Shown piece after piece: positions 11,762 through 23,190 of a stretch of DNA of 64,000 nt (position 1 is its first letter; each line of letters begins with the position of its first letter). Origin of the DNA: Microcaecilia unicolor. Taxonomy: Eukaryota. Where the stretch lies: assembly GCF_901765095.1 (NCBI RefSeq), contig NC_044037.1, forward strand, positions 104,231,279 to 104,295,278, read 5' to 3'. The notes beneath the pieces are model-generated. The model made no database searches. It saw only the letters and a program-made list of their open reading frames with translations, and had not been told where the DNA came from. The translations under genes and the position numbers were made by a program.

Positions 11762-14700
11762 TCAGTAGTTCAGTATGTGGCTACGTGCTGCAGATGTCAT
11801 TGAGTCCCAAAACGGACTCCAACGCTGTTGGAATTTCACTCCAATCCTTGACTCCAAGTCCCTTATAGACATGCGCTCCATACGTAATAGGGACACCATA
11901 CGAACATGCCACTGCTGCCATGTAGGGTATTGATAGGATAGCCACTCTGCAAGGATCGCTTGCTTACCAACAATTATTACTCTCTGTATAAATGCAGCAT
12001 ATCCTTTTTTTTTTGAGGACACCCCCAAGTCTGGATGTCCAAATAGCAACAGTGGGTCATAATGCCATGTTTGTCTCCATATCTTGGTGACCCAGGCTAT
12101 GATTTGTTTCCAAAATTTCTGTATACCGACGCAAGTCCAAAACATATGGCCTAGAGTAGCTCCTGGGGCACCACATTTTACACAATCTCCCCAGGGCAAT
12201 AACCCCATGTAAAATGCTCGTTTTGGTGGGATGTACAGGCGTAGAGCTATTTTATATTGTAGTTCCCAGTGGGTCGCAAAATCTGTGACTCATCTTATCT
12301 GCAGGACATGAGATTTCAGCTGTTGTTCTAAGACTGTTATTTGCAAATCCCCAGTCCACAAGTGTGCCAATCTGCGGTATTCCAGTTCTGCGGTTGTATC
12401 CCGTATATGTCTGTGATGATACGACATCGGTACTCTCTGCTGCGACTCCAAGGTAAAAGCTGAAGAGAGTTCTTCTTGAACATCTTCTGTCATCGATGTC
12501 CATGGTAGTGTAGAGATATAGTGGCTCAGCTGTCCATAATAAAATTTATCACTGTCCAATAGTGTATATTCGTTTTGCAAGTCTGGAAACGTTCGCATAT
12601 GACCTTCTCTAGTCACCACTTGTAACAAATATACTATTCCTTTTTGTTTCCATTTTTGAAATACAGAGTACATTTGACCTGGTACAAAAGCAAAGTTATC
12701 ACAAATTTGTAAGTATGGTGTCACTTTTATATCAAAGTGGTGTAATCGGCACACCCATCTCCATATTGCTCTAGCCGTTGTCATAATCCCAGAGTATTTT
12801 AAGGTATATGGCATGGGTGCGCCTGTAGCGTGTAGGTAATTGCTAAAATGTAATTTCGGGGTAAGGCTCAATTCTAGGGCTGTATTTGTGTAATCACTGG
12901 TATTCCTATACCAGTCATTTATGTGCCTCATTCCGCTAGCAACATTAAGATAGCGGAGGTTTAAGACTCCCATCCCTCCATATTCCACTGGTATACTTAA
13001 AGAATTAACAGATAAACGGGCCTTTTTCCCTTTCCAAAGAAAGGTCTGTAGCTGTTGATTCAAAATCTGTTCATCTTTTCTCCTCAAATACAGTGGTATA
13101 GTTTGAAAACAATAAATCCATCTGGGGGCTATAATCATATTAAATAATGCTATTCTCCCTAGTAACGATACCGGGAGTGCACTCCAAGTTTGTAAACTTA
13201 ATTTTGTGTCTGTAAGCAGTTTTTGTAAATTAAGTTCATATAGCTGTGACAACTGATCTGGAATGCGGATTCCCAAATACTTAATAAATCTCTTCTCCCA
13301 AGTAAGGGGAAAATTATTCTTCCAATCTTGGTTATCTCCCTTAACTACCTCTAACGCTGACGATTTAGACATATTTAGCTTAAGACCTGATAGTTGTCCA
13401 TATCTATTTATCTCAGTTAACAAAACTCGCATTGATCTAGGTGGGTCAGTGACAGTCAACAGCAAGTCATCAGCGAAAGCCAGTACCTTCACCTGCTGTC
13501 CTGCCACCGATATTCCTGTAATGTTTCTTTGTTTCATGAGTGTACGTATGAGTGGTTCTAATGATATCACAAAGAGGGAAGGTGAAAGAGGGCAACCTTG
13601 CCTAGTACCCCTCATAATCTCAAACTCTTTCCCTCGCAATCCATTAACCAACACTTGTGCTCCTGGCTTGTAGTAAAGAGCCTGAGTCGCTCACAGAAAC
13701 CAGCCTGTAATTCCCATAGCTTCCATAGTATGAAATAAGTATTCCCACCCTACCCTGTCAAATGCTTTATCTGCATCTAGACTCACTATTACTGATGGGA
13801 TCTCCCCCTCTTGGCTGGATGCCATCGCCAATAATAGGCGGCGTACATTATGCGTGGCTTGCCTATTTCGAACAAAGCCTACTTGCTCCATTCCAATTAA
13901 TTTGGGCAGATATTTTGCAAGTCTTTCCGCCAGTATTCCTGCCAACAGTTTTGTGTCTACGTTCAACAGAGATATTGGTCGGAAATCTTCTGCTCTATTA
14001 TGCGGTCTTCCCGGTTTAGGTATTAATGTAATTAAAGCTGAGTTGGCAAAACGGGGGAAGCCCCTCCTCTCTATCACCTCCTCAAAATATTCTAGTAATG
14101 CCAGCTGTGCTTCCAGGGGCAAGCTTTTGTAATATTCCCCGGAATACCCATCGGGTCCTGGTGCCTTGCGTAATTTAAGTTTCTTAATCGCCTGTTGCAG
14201 TTCTCCCAGGATCAGTGGTGCATTTAGCACAGTCAATTCTTCACTCGTCAACTTTGTGAGCCCCGCCTTATCTAAGTATTCGTGTACCAAACTTGGTTCT
14301 GGTGGAGCACTGGCTGAGTAAAGTGAGGTGAAATGATTAGTAAAACCCTGCCCAATTTCATTTTGTGTGACTATAATTTTACCTGTATCATCCTTTAACG
14401 CAGCCACCACCCGAGGTGCACCCCAATTTTTGATAACTCTAGTTAATAACCTCCCTGTTTTATTACCAAAACGTTGCAATTTATATTTATAGTAGATCGA
14501 GGATCTGGTCTCATTTTCATGCAATAAAGTGTTTAGAGTTATTTGGATTGCTTTCATATTCTCTAAAGCAGTTAATGTGTGTTTATGTGCATATATTCTC
14601 TTAGCTTTCGCTAGCTGTTTTTCTAGGCGCAGAATGTTTGCCACCCGCCGCTTTCTCCTAATATTACAATAGGCTATGAGGTCACCTCTCAAGACTGCTT

Positions 14701-15571
14701 TCGAGGCAGACCAAAATAAAGATGGGTCTGTTTGTGCATGTTCCTTATTATTAATAGCGTAATCACCCCACTTATTTGCCAAGTATTTCTGAAACAGGGG
14801 GTCGTTATGTAAATATGCTGGGTATCGCCATCCTGTTCCTCCAGCACCCCCGCCCGTAATCTCGAGATCTAGCCACACTGATGCATGGTCTGATATTTCT
14901 TCCGGTCCTATATGGGCTGCCTTTACCTGGGAAAACATAGATCTTTCTATGAATATGTAATCTAACCTCGCTAAGGTGCCATGTGCCCTGGATCTATGTG
15001 TGTAATCTTTTTCCCCAGGATGCATCACTCTCCAGGTATCCACTAGGTTTAGAGCTTTTGTGAACATTTTCAATCCTTTCGCCCTCTGTCCTAAATAATG
15101 TGATGAAGTGGGATTTGAGGTATCTTCTCTTGGATTAGATACTAAATTAAAGTCACCCAATACCAACAATTTATTTATTTTATGTTGGATACAACTATTT
15201 TCTAGCGATCTGAAAAACCCTGGGTCATATTCATTTGGGCCATATACCCCCACTAATAAAAATTCAGTGCCCTGCATCCATACCTTTAAAAGGAGGGTAC
15301 ACCCGTGTTTCCCTTTCTCCACTACCGATATTTTACATGCTAGTCCTTTTCGGATTAATACCACCACTCCACCTCGGCGCCCTTTGGCTGCTACTGCATG
15401 GCATTCCCCCACCCATGATCTTTGCAACTTTGCATGTTCCACATCATTAAGTCTCGTTTCCTGAAGGCAAACTATATCAGCCTTATACCTTTTTAAGGCC
15501 GTTAAGATTTTATTCCGCTTTATAGGGGATGTTATACCCCCCACATTCCAAGATATTATTCTAATTGGCAT
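11762..15571 (-). pseudogene. L1 ORF2 (AP-endonuclease + reverse transcriptase + C-terminal Cys domain), single frame interrupted by two in-frame stops
   Basis: MPIRIISWNVGGITSPIKRNKILTALKRYKADIVCLQETRL.. (EN); ..FADDLLLTV.. (RT); C..C..HMFWTC (C-term). All three pieces share the reading frame (end coordinates congruent mod 3). Confidence 0.8.
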
Positions 15572-15969
15572 ACCATGAAAGTAATATTAGTATTCCCACC
15601 ATCACCACCATATAAGGGCACCCCCTTGTTCATTGAGCACATATTGTAATTTGTCAGGTTTCTCATAATCTGTGCACATAAATATTCTATTAATAAGTTT
15701 CTAAATAAACATTTCTTACTGACCATCTGCCAAAGATTTCCCCCCAATCTATTTCCCCTTCCCCCCTCCCATCCCCTTATCCCATCAACCCCACATATAC
15801 CCTTCCCCATCCACCTAAACTAGTCAGGTGTTGAGATAAGGACTTCAGTGAACAGTAGAGACCCCAAACTCCACAGATTAACCAAACATACATACATACA
15901 CTTATTCTGAAGGTTTTATACATTGTAACTCCCACAGAACGCTTCTGCACAATGGAAATAAACTTATGT

Positions 15970-16836
15970 TCAAACAGCATCAATGATGTTATTTTCGACG
16001 AGATATTTTTTCGCATCTGATACTGTAGGGAATATTTTCCACTGGTCCTGTATGAGCACTTTTAATTGGGCTGGGTATTGCAATACAAAGCGGATTTTCT
16101 TAAGTACCAAGGTTGAACAAATCGCATGATATTGCCTCCGTTTCTCTTGAACTAGAGTAGAAAAGTCTTGAAAAATCAACACATTCTTTTTATTGTATTT
16201 CAGCGTATCTCTTTTGTGCTTGAATCCTTGAAGGATTTCTAATTTATGGCGATAATTTAGTATTTTCGCGACAACCACGCGTGGGCGGTTATTATGGCAA
16301 TCCTCTGTTCGGCGGCCCACGCGGTGTGCTCTTTCCACAATAAGCGGTCCCATCGTATCTGTAATCGCTAACTCTTTTGAGAGCCATGTTTCCAGCCACG
16401 TGTCAAGGTTTCTTTCTGGGAGCGCCTCGTCCAGTCCGACAATCCGTATATTATTTCGACGTGCTCGATTTTCAAAGTCATCCAACAAGTTTCTTTGATC
16501 TGCGAGCTGGCGTCGTAGGTTTATAATATCTGGGCTAAATCCACGTGTATCATCTTCAACGGCTGAAATTCTGGCCTCCAAATCTCCTACCCGGATTCCC
16601 ATCCCGTCTAATGTAGTTTGGTAAGCTTCTATTTTGGTATTCAGCGCTTCCCATTTCGGCTCCCATGCTTTCGTGATCGCCTGGGTAAGCTGCAGGAGTT
16701 GATTTTCAGTAAACGCAGGTCCCATAATCGCGGGTTCCTCCGCCATCTTGGTATCCCCGCTGCCTGTTTTAAGTTTGTCTTTTTTCACGGATTTTTGAGC
16801 CATGTCTTTCGGAAGCACTTTGTAGTATTTTTCCAT
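15970..16836 (-). CDS. L1 ORF1p (coiled-coil + RRM-like + CTD), apparently intact, 288 aa
   Basis: ..LEARISAVEDDTRGF..DFENRARRNNIRIVGLDE..PRVVVAKILNYRHKLEILQ..VLIFQDFS..; homologous to the ORF1 at 36295-37203. Confidence 0.75.
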   Translation of the reverse strand: MEKYYKVLPKDMAQKSVKKDKLKTGSGDTKMAEEPAIMGPAFTENQLLQLTQAITKAWEPKWEALNTKIEAYQTTLDGMGIRVGDLEARISAVEDDTRGFSPDIINLRRQLADQRNLLDDFENRARRNNIRIVGLDEALPERNLDTWLETWLSKELAITDTMGPLIVERAHRVGRRTEDCHNNRPRVVVAKILNYRHKLEILQGFKHKRDTLKYNKKNVLIFQDFSTLVQEKRRQYHAICSTLVLKKIRFVLQYPAQLKVLIQDQWKIFPTVSDAKKYLVENNIIDAV

Positions 16837-16839
16837 ACA

Positions 16840-16960
16840 GTGAAGTCGTTCCGTAGGTTTTATTTATGCAAGATTTATATTTTAGTGGAGTCAGGGGTCT
16901 CAGAGCTTCGACAGCACGCTGCTCCCTAGCTCATGACGTCACCGGAAGTCCTCAGCACTT
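16840..16960 (-). promoter_or_regulatory. putative L1 5' UTR internal promoter with CRE (TGACGTCA) adjacent to ETS-like CCGGAAGT
   Basis: agctcatgacgtcaccggaagtcctc at 16925-16950; similar region (gtcacgtgatg, gctccgagacccc) at the 5' end of the second L1 (~36160). Confidence 0.3.
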
Positions 16961-17699
16961 TCTTTAAAGTTTACCCCTCCACCTTCACATAATTGTTCCC
17001 ACAATATAGCGCCGAACACACCCTGGAGCTTCTCTGTTTATCAGTACTGGTGCTGCAACATTTGAGGCTCTTTTCTCTTTAGTTCCTTCTAAGGCAGGGT
17101 TTCTCAAGCAAGTCCTTGGAACACATATGGTCAGTCAGGATATCTACAATGAATATGCATGAGTTCGATTTGCATAGAATAGAGGAAGGGCATGCAAATA
17201 TCTCTCATGTATATTTATTGTGGATATCATGAAAACCTGATTAGCTGGGTGTGTCCTGAGGGCTAGGTTGAGAACCCCTGTTCTAACAGTTGCAGCTACT
17301 GCCAAGTTTTTAAATTTTAGTTCTATGTTCTCTGCCTTCTACAGCATGAATTTTATGACATATTATTCTGTCTTTTCTTTAATTACATTTTTTCAATTTA
17401 ACATTTCCAAATAAGATGAGGGAAAGGACAAAAAAAAAATCACAGAAAAGCAGCAAAAGGAAGAAGAGAAACATGAAAGCACCATCTGTCAAAAAGTCCA
17501 CTTTACATGACCTATTACTGTTGAATAAATGATGAAAACTTTTTTTTAACTTGTAAAACTATTTATTATTGTAATAGAGCCATTTCCTGCTGGGTCACTG
17601 GTCCTGGAAGTTACAGAATCTGTGAAAAGAGCAAGAAAATCATGATACATGTTGGCATCCTGTATTAAGACAATTAAGGAAAGTGTTTTTCATGTGTTA

Positions 17700-17865
17700 G
17701 TTAATATTGGGGGTAATTCTATAAAGGTCGCCTGAAGCTAGGTGCTAGGATGATGAGCGCTAAGTTGAAATTCTATAATGGCAGTTGTGCATGCAATTGC
17801 TGTTATAGAATAGAGCATAAAATCCGTATTTAGGTGCCTAACTTTAGGCTTGAGCACTTATGCTG
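17700..17865. mobile_element. MITE-B family fragment
   Basis: ..aattctataaagg..aaattctataatgg..tatagaatagagc..ttaggtgcctaactttagg. Confidence 0.4.
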
Positions 17866-17869
17866 TCTC

Positions 17870-18260
17870 AGAGGTGGACAGAGAGTGGTCTGAGCCCCCA
17901 GTCAATGAGGACCATTGGGCTCCCCCCCCCCCCCCCAGTCCTGCTGCTGACACTGGAACTTCCCTCTGCCACAGCCTGGGCTTGTGGAAGAAGGAAGTGA
18001 CGTCAGGAGGGGGCGGGCTGTGGCAGAGGGAAGTTCTGGCATCAGCAGCTGATGACCGATTTAGCTGTCGGTGCCCCTGCCTGCCAAGAGGGGGTTTGGG
18101 GACAGGAGGGGAGGGTGTCCCAGTCCTGGTTCCGGAGGAGAAAGAAGGACATCACACATCGGGCACATGGAAGGGAAGTACTGCCCCCCCCCCCCCCAGC
18201 CCTGGGTCCTCCGGCACTGCCCAGCTGCCCATATGGTCAGTCCACCCCTGCACGGGCTCA
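17870..18260. repeat. GC-rich imperfect palindrome with poly-C blocks and central CRE-like TGACGTCA
   Basis: gaacttccctctgccacagcc ..gaagtgacgtcagga.. ggctgtggcagagggaagttc; flanking cagtcctgctgctgacactgg / cagcagctgatgacc; C16 runs at 17926 and 18187 placed symmetrically. Confidence 0.5.
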
Positions 18261-18735
18261 ATGGCTGGTGTAAATGCTTGCAACTAACTGTAGTTAGTTA
18301 GGTTTGTAAATACTAGTATTCTACAACTGCTTGACACATCCCCAACTCACAAACACACAATGAAAAAGGAAAAGCAATCCTACATATAAAGTCCAAACAG
18401 GAAAAGAATATGAGTGCACGAATAGTCTTCCTATTCAACCACAGAGATGTAGGAAATACTGGAAATATTTTATTGGTAAATATGCAAATAGACTTGACAC
18501 AGGACCCATGCACAGTGCCTGCCTCAGGAGTCATGAACTTGTGCAACACTTGCTGTACCTCAGTGTGAGGGGGTTCAAAGAGCTCTGCCCCTCACCTTTA
18601 AGAACAGACCCTTAGACAGCCTGAGCCACCTTAAGAACACCAGTCCTGCCCGGGAGGAGGGGTGGAACCTAAAACCAGGAAGTATATAAGACAGGGCTTA
18701 CAGGGTAAAGAGGCCCAGGGAGAGAAGATTTGAAT

Positions 18736-18842
18736 CCTACTACTACTTAGCATTTCTATAGCGCTGCCAGGGTTACGCAGCGCTGTACAAGTTTAAACAT
18801 GGGGAAGGACAGTCCCTGCTCAAGAGAGCTTACAATCTAAAG
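18736..18842 (+). mobile_element. SINE-X: ~105-bp interspersed repeat with terminal (ACT)n
   Basis: (ACT)n-catttctatagcgct.c.agg.gtacgcagcgctgtaca..gacagtccctgctcaa.agagcttacaatctaa; other copies 21012-21112, 49360-49465, 63017-63118. Confidence 0.55.
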
Positions 18843-19269
18843 GAATCCCCAGCATATGACATGGAAGGTAAGGTACTGTTCCAGAATCACAACCTGGCTG
18901 AGGTAAGTAATTTCCATAATCACAACCTGGCTGAGTTAAGCCATTTGATTTACCAGATAGAACTTCATAAGTTTTGCTTTGAGCCAGACCTGAAACACAG
19001 CCGAGAACCAAGAACTATTCGGCTGTGTTTGGGGCTTGGCAATCCCTGCAGCCGCAGACTCTGTTTGACCTACCATCAGAGGCTTGCATACAACAGAATG
19101 TACTGAACTGCAGAGGTTTTCTATCCTACATCTCGGGCCCTGTGAAAGGAACAGGCTCGAGGATTCCATTGAATAAATACTTATTTTTGATTTCACCCCT
19201 TTGTCCAGCTATGTTATTTTACTGGCCCACTACCCAACCCTCGCTCGGGGTCTCACAGAGTCACACTCA

Positions 19270-19405
19270 GTGTATCAAAGTAACCACCACTAGGGTGCAA
19301 CAGCAGAAAAAAATGTCCTGTCAATTGTGTGATGATCACATTTCTGTTCCAGTACAAGGTCTGTGAAAGGACATTTTTGCTGCTGTTACACCCTAGTGGT
19401 GGTTA
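19270..19405. repeat. hairpin: ~38-bp near-perfect inverted repeats with ~55-bp loop
   Basis: taaccaccactagggtgcaacagcagaaaaaaatgtcct ... aggacatttttgctgctgttacaccctagtggtggtta; additional 12-bp-stem palindrome aaacacagccga..tcggctgtgttt at 18995-19035. Confidence 0.55.
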
Positions 19406-19651
19406 TTTTGATAAACTGAGGTACAACAAGTTTTGCACAAGATACACAACTCCTGAGGGAGGTGCTGTGCGCCGAAACACAGGTCCTGTGTCGAGTATTA
19501 CCTACATCTCTGTAGTTGGATAGGAAGGCTATTCGTGCAATCCTACTCTTTTACATCCCCGACTCCTCCATGCCCCTCCCAGGTCAAGGTCCTCTCCAAT
19601 TATTGGTACTTATCACCAATTAAGTGCCAACTTACCTCCAATTAGATAATT

Positions 19652-20072
19652 AAGGGCCCCTTCTACTAAGCCGCGTAGGCGCCTACGCGTGCCCAAAATG
19701 CGCCAAATTGGAGTTACCGCCCAGTTACCACATGGCCCTTGTGGTAATTTCAATTTTGGCGTGCGTCTGCTATGCGTGTCTGAAAAATATGTTTTATTTT
19801 CTGGCGCGCGTAGCGGATGCGTGCCAAGTGGCATCTGACATGCATAGGTCATTACTGCCCAAATTCTTTACTGCTAGGTCTATGGCTGGTGGTAAGGTCT
19901 CAGACCCAAAATGGACATGCGGCAATTTTGATTTTGCTCCACGTCCATTTTCGTCAAATAAAAACAAGCCTTTTTTACAGGTGCGCTGAAAACTGATTCT
20001 GCGCGCACACAAAACCTGCGCCTACACTACCGCAGGCCATTTTTCAGCGCACCTTTGTACAAGGACCCCTAA
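19652..20072 (+). mobile_element. MITE-A: ~420-bp non-autonomous DNA transposon with TIR ~AGGGGNCCTTTTACTAAG
   Basis: 5' taagggccccttctactaagccgcg ; 3' ..cctttgtacaaggacccctaag; colinear with copies at 24172 and 22315. Confidence 0.7.
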
Positions 20073-21011
20073 GTTATGAGCATAACCAACCCTATTCTAT
20101 AACTGCATCCCCAACTTTTGGCACCATTTATAGAAATTGGGGCTTTGTGTTTGCTTAGATGGCACAGATAAAGAAAGCATTGTTATAGCAAAAGGTATTA
20201 ATCTTTTATTTGAAAAACAATCAAAATGCACAACACATGTGGAGGCACATTTTCAAAGCACTTAGACTTATGGAACTTTGTAAAGAAGTGCTTTGAAAAT
20301 GAGCCCCAAAATATATTAGGCCCAAAAAGAAAGGAGAGCTTAGAATAAGACTCAAACAAGGCGCAAGAGGTCAAGAGCCCGATTGAAATAATCTTACCAG
20401 ACCTGCTGCTTAATTAATGGGCTGGGGAGAAAGGAGAATAGGAGGCAACGTTGAATGGAGAAAGAAATACACAGGAGAGGAGGACAAGGTCAAATAACTC
20501 CCAGCCGTGAGGGGGTAAGTGCCTTTTAATGTCTTGCTTCTAACTATTCTGGAATATGAGAAGAGGGCTGAAACTCTCCTTCCCCTGAAGGACTAACTCA
20601 TTCACCCCTCATGACTCAGAGTTAATAGTGACCTCAGAGAGAGAGAATAGGGGTGGACTGATCCTCTAATAAATTGCCCCACTACCATTCCTTACAAGTT
20701 CTTGAGCAGCTGGTAGACCAGGAGTGCTAGCACCAGAATGATGGCCCCTATCAGGATCTGCCGCAAAAGCTTTCCAATGGCCTCTGATGGCAAAATTAAA
20801 AGGAGAAAAATAATTATAAGCTAGCAAGAAACACAACTCTTATTTTATCTTACTGTGTCCACCTTGATGATGTCACTTCCTGTTTAAAACTCTTTCAGGG
20901 ATTCCTGATAGCATGCCCATGTTGAGCGATATCACAAATAGCACTTCACATATCCTAATGTCCAACCGGCTGGTTTGTGCAGTAATGCCACAACTGAAAC
21001 AGCATAACACA

Positions 21012-21112
21012 GTACTACTACTACTACTACTACTAACATTTCTAAAGCTCTACTAGGGTTACGCAGCACTGTACAATTTAACATAGAAGGACAGTCCCTG
21101 CTCAAAGAGCTA
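21012..21112 (+). mobile_element. SINE-X copy
   Basis: (ACT)9 ..catttctaaagctctactagggttacgcagcactgtacaa..gacagtccctgctcaaagagc. Confidence 0.5.
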
Positions 21113-21289
21113 TTGCCCATATTGTCAGTGCACCTTTTGTACAGACCCATTAAATAACTACATGTGATTGATGTATATCATCCCAACATATCAGCAATCA
21201 ACAAACTACTGTGTTCAATGTTATGTACACGCTCTATCAGTATGGCCACTTTATGACTACTGCAGGACAGGAGAAGATGGTCTAAAAGA

Positions 21290-21860
21290 ATGTCAACAAA
21301 TTAGAAAATATACATAAAGGGCTAGATTCTATACATGGCACCTGAAAATTCCACACGGAAAAAAAATATGCCTAGGTGTATTAAGTACATAAGTATTGCC
21401 ATACTGGGACAGACTAAAGGTCCATCAAGCCCAGCATCCTGTTTCAAACAGTATGCCTAAATTTTATTGAATAGGCTTAAATTTTCACATGGTATATAGA
21501 ATAATACTAAGTGCTGTTCCACGTGACCAAATGTTGTCGTGGCCATTTATCCCAACACCTAAATTAGGTGCAGAGCAGGTGTATTCTATAACAATGTGCG
21601 TAGATTTTAGAAACGCCCATGCCCTGCTCATGGCCATGCCCCCTTTTCAACTATGTGACTTAGAATTTAGGCACACCACATTACAGAATACGCTTAGCAA
21701 GTTGTGTGCATAAATCTTAATGCCAATTAGTGCTGATAATTGCTTAACATCCATTAACAGCTCTAATTAGCTAGTTAACCAATTAAGTTATTCACATTAT
21801 TATAGAATACGCTTCGATTTCTACACAGAAATTAAGGCGCCATATATAGAATCCTGGGGA
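21290..21860. mobile_element. MITE-B: ~570-bp element with TIR core (T)AGATTCTATA
   Basis: 5' gggctagattctatacatgg ; 3' ccatatatagaatcctgggg; internal ttaggcac / tatagaata / aattagtgc motifs shared with 56575-57090. Confidence 0.55.
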
Positions 21861-22314
21861 AAGTGTGAGACAATGACATGTTTCACCTTCTTCTATTCTC
21901 TTCCATGGCCTGAAACTGCAATTGCCTGATAATTTTTAGTTTAGATCTAGAATTCTGAATGTCATCTAAATTGTTTCACTGGTTTGGGCATTTTTATATG
22001 TGTATGGACAAATGGACTGAGCATCGACAGCAGGCAGTCTTACATCAGTGCTAAGAAACACAAGTGGGGAAAGTATGCATAGCATGGCTCATGGAATTCT
22101 TTCCAAAACATCTGCATATAAATGCCCTTGTCTGCCTTCCTATTGGCTAAATCTTACCAAGAGTCTCTGCAGCTAGTTACAAAGGACACAGGGAGGGCAG
22201 GCTCAGTTACATGGGTGGGAGGAGGCAGGAGTTACTAGAGAACGCCAGATATTTATTTAAAAAATCAATATACTATCCTTGGAAGTTTACAACATAACAT
22301 ATACAGGGGCCCCT

Positions 22315-22683
22315 TTAGAGAGCGGCGGTAAGCCCAATGTGGGCTTACCACTTGCTTTTCCGGTCCAACGTGGCCACCAGCGGTAGTCTCGCCCCAATTG
22401 CATGCCATTTCTGGGGGAAAAATAAAACCTCCAGAAATGGCTTGCGTGGTGGAAACTCAGAGGTAATTGCACATCGCTGCACGTTGCCCAGTTACTGCCG
22501 GGTTGACGCTGGAGCCCTTATTGCCACCTCAATGGGTGGCAGTAATGGTGGGCTCCACCATTACTGCATGGTCATTTTTTCAGGTTTTACTGGCTACGGA
22601 ATAAAGGGCCCTGGCAGGCAGGAAAACCGGCCCCCACCGCTAGCATAAGGTCCTTTTCCCCACAGCTTAGTAAAAGGACCCTA
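22315..22683 (+). mobile_element. MITE-A copy (variant subfamily)
   Basis: 5' caggggcccctttagagagcggcggtaagc ; 3' cacagcttagtaaaaggaccctac. Confidence 0.65.
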
Positions 22684-23089
22684 CAATGCATTAAACAAAC
22701 ATAAAAGAAGCATAAAATCATGAACCATATCAACAGCTCAGTATCATCACCATCAATTCCAAGATATTTAATCTGCCAACAACAGTATATTCTAAAAAAA
22801 TAAAAGAAAATAAAAATTATAAAATAATAGATGCAAATTTTGAGTCATCTTGTTTGAAATGCCTGAAAAAACAAATGAGTCTTTAATTCTTTCTTGAATA
22901 AATCTAAATTCTTTATAGCTTCCAACTCAGAAGATAATGGAGTTCCAAAGCTTTGACCTTGAGGAAAAATGGAAAATTATTTGCAGTTTCATAAAACCTT
23001 GAAAACTTGGCTTTATGTGGCTAATTTTGGCTAAGTGTTATGATAAATTGGAAAAATTCTGTACTGTTAAGCTTTTTATAATTAGCTAG

Positions 23090-23190
23090 GTTTATACTAT
23101 GTTTGATGTTGTAAGTTGTAGTATTGTAAACCAATTTGGTGCCTTATGGTGTACCACGGTAAATCAAATGAATAAATCAAATCAAAGATA
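23090..23190 (+). mobile_element. diverged LINE-tail/SINE-like fragment
   Basis: ttgtaaaccaatttggtgccttatggtgtaccacggtaaatcaaatgaataaatcaaatc has the same architecture as the LINE-A tail. Confidence 0.25.

Larger units (their letters stand above)
11140..16960 (-). mobile_element. near full-length L1/Tx1-clade LINE (5' UTR, ORF1, ORF2 with EN+RT+Cys-rich C-term); 3' boundary uncertain (11140-11700)
   Basis: ORF1 15970-16836; ORF2 in three same-frame pieces 13691-15571, 12290-13654, 11762-12208; poly-G run (on element strand) ~40 nt after the ORF2 stop at 11716-11737. Confidence 0.85.

Noticed and set aside
12290-15571. Plus-strand ORFs inside the minus-strand L1 (13263-13673, 13762-14019, 13854-14132, 15108-15464)
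   Set aside because: They are antisense to a well-supported L1 ORF2. There is no independent evidence for them.
17850-18301. Overlapping ORFs (73-145 aa) rich in Pro, Gly and Ala
   Set aside because: They sit in the GC-rich palindrome. Their composition and the presence of mirrored ORFs on both strands indicate artifacts.
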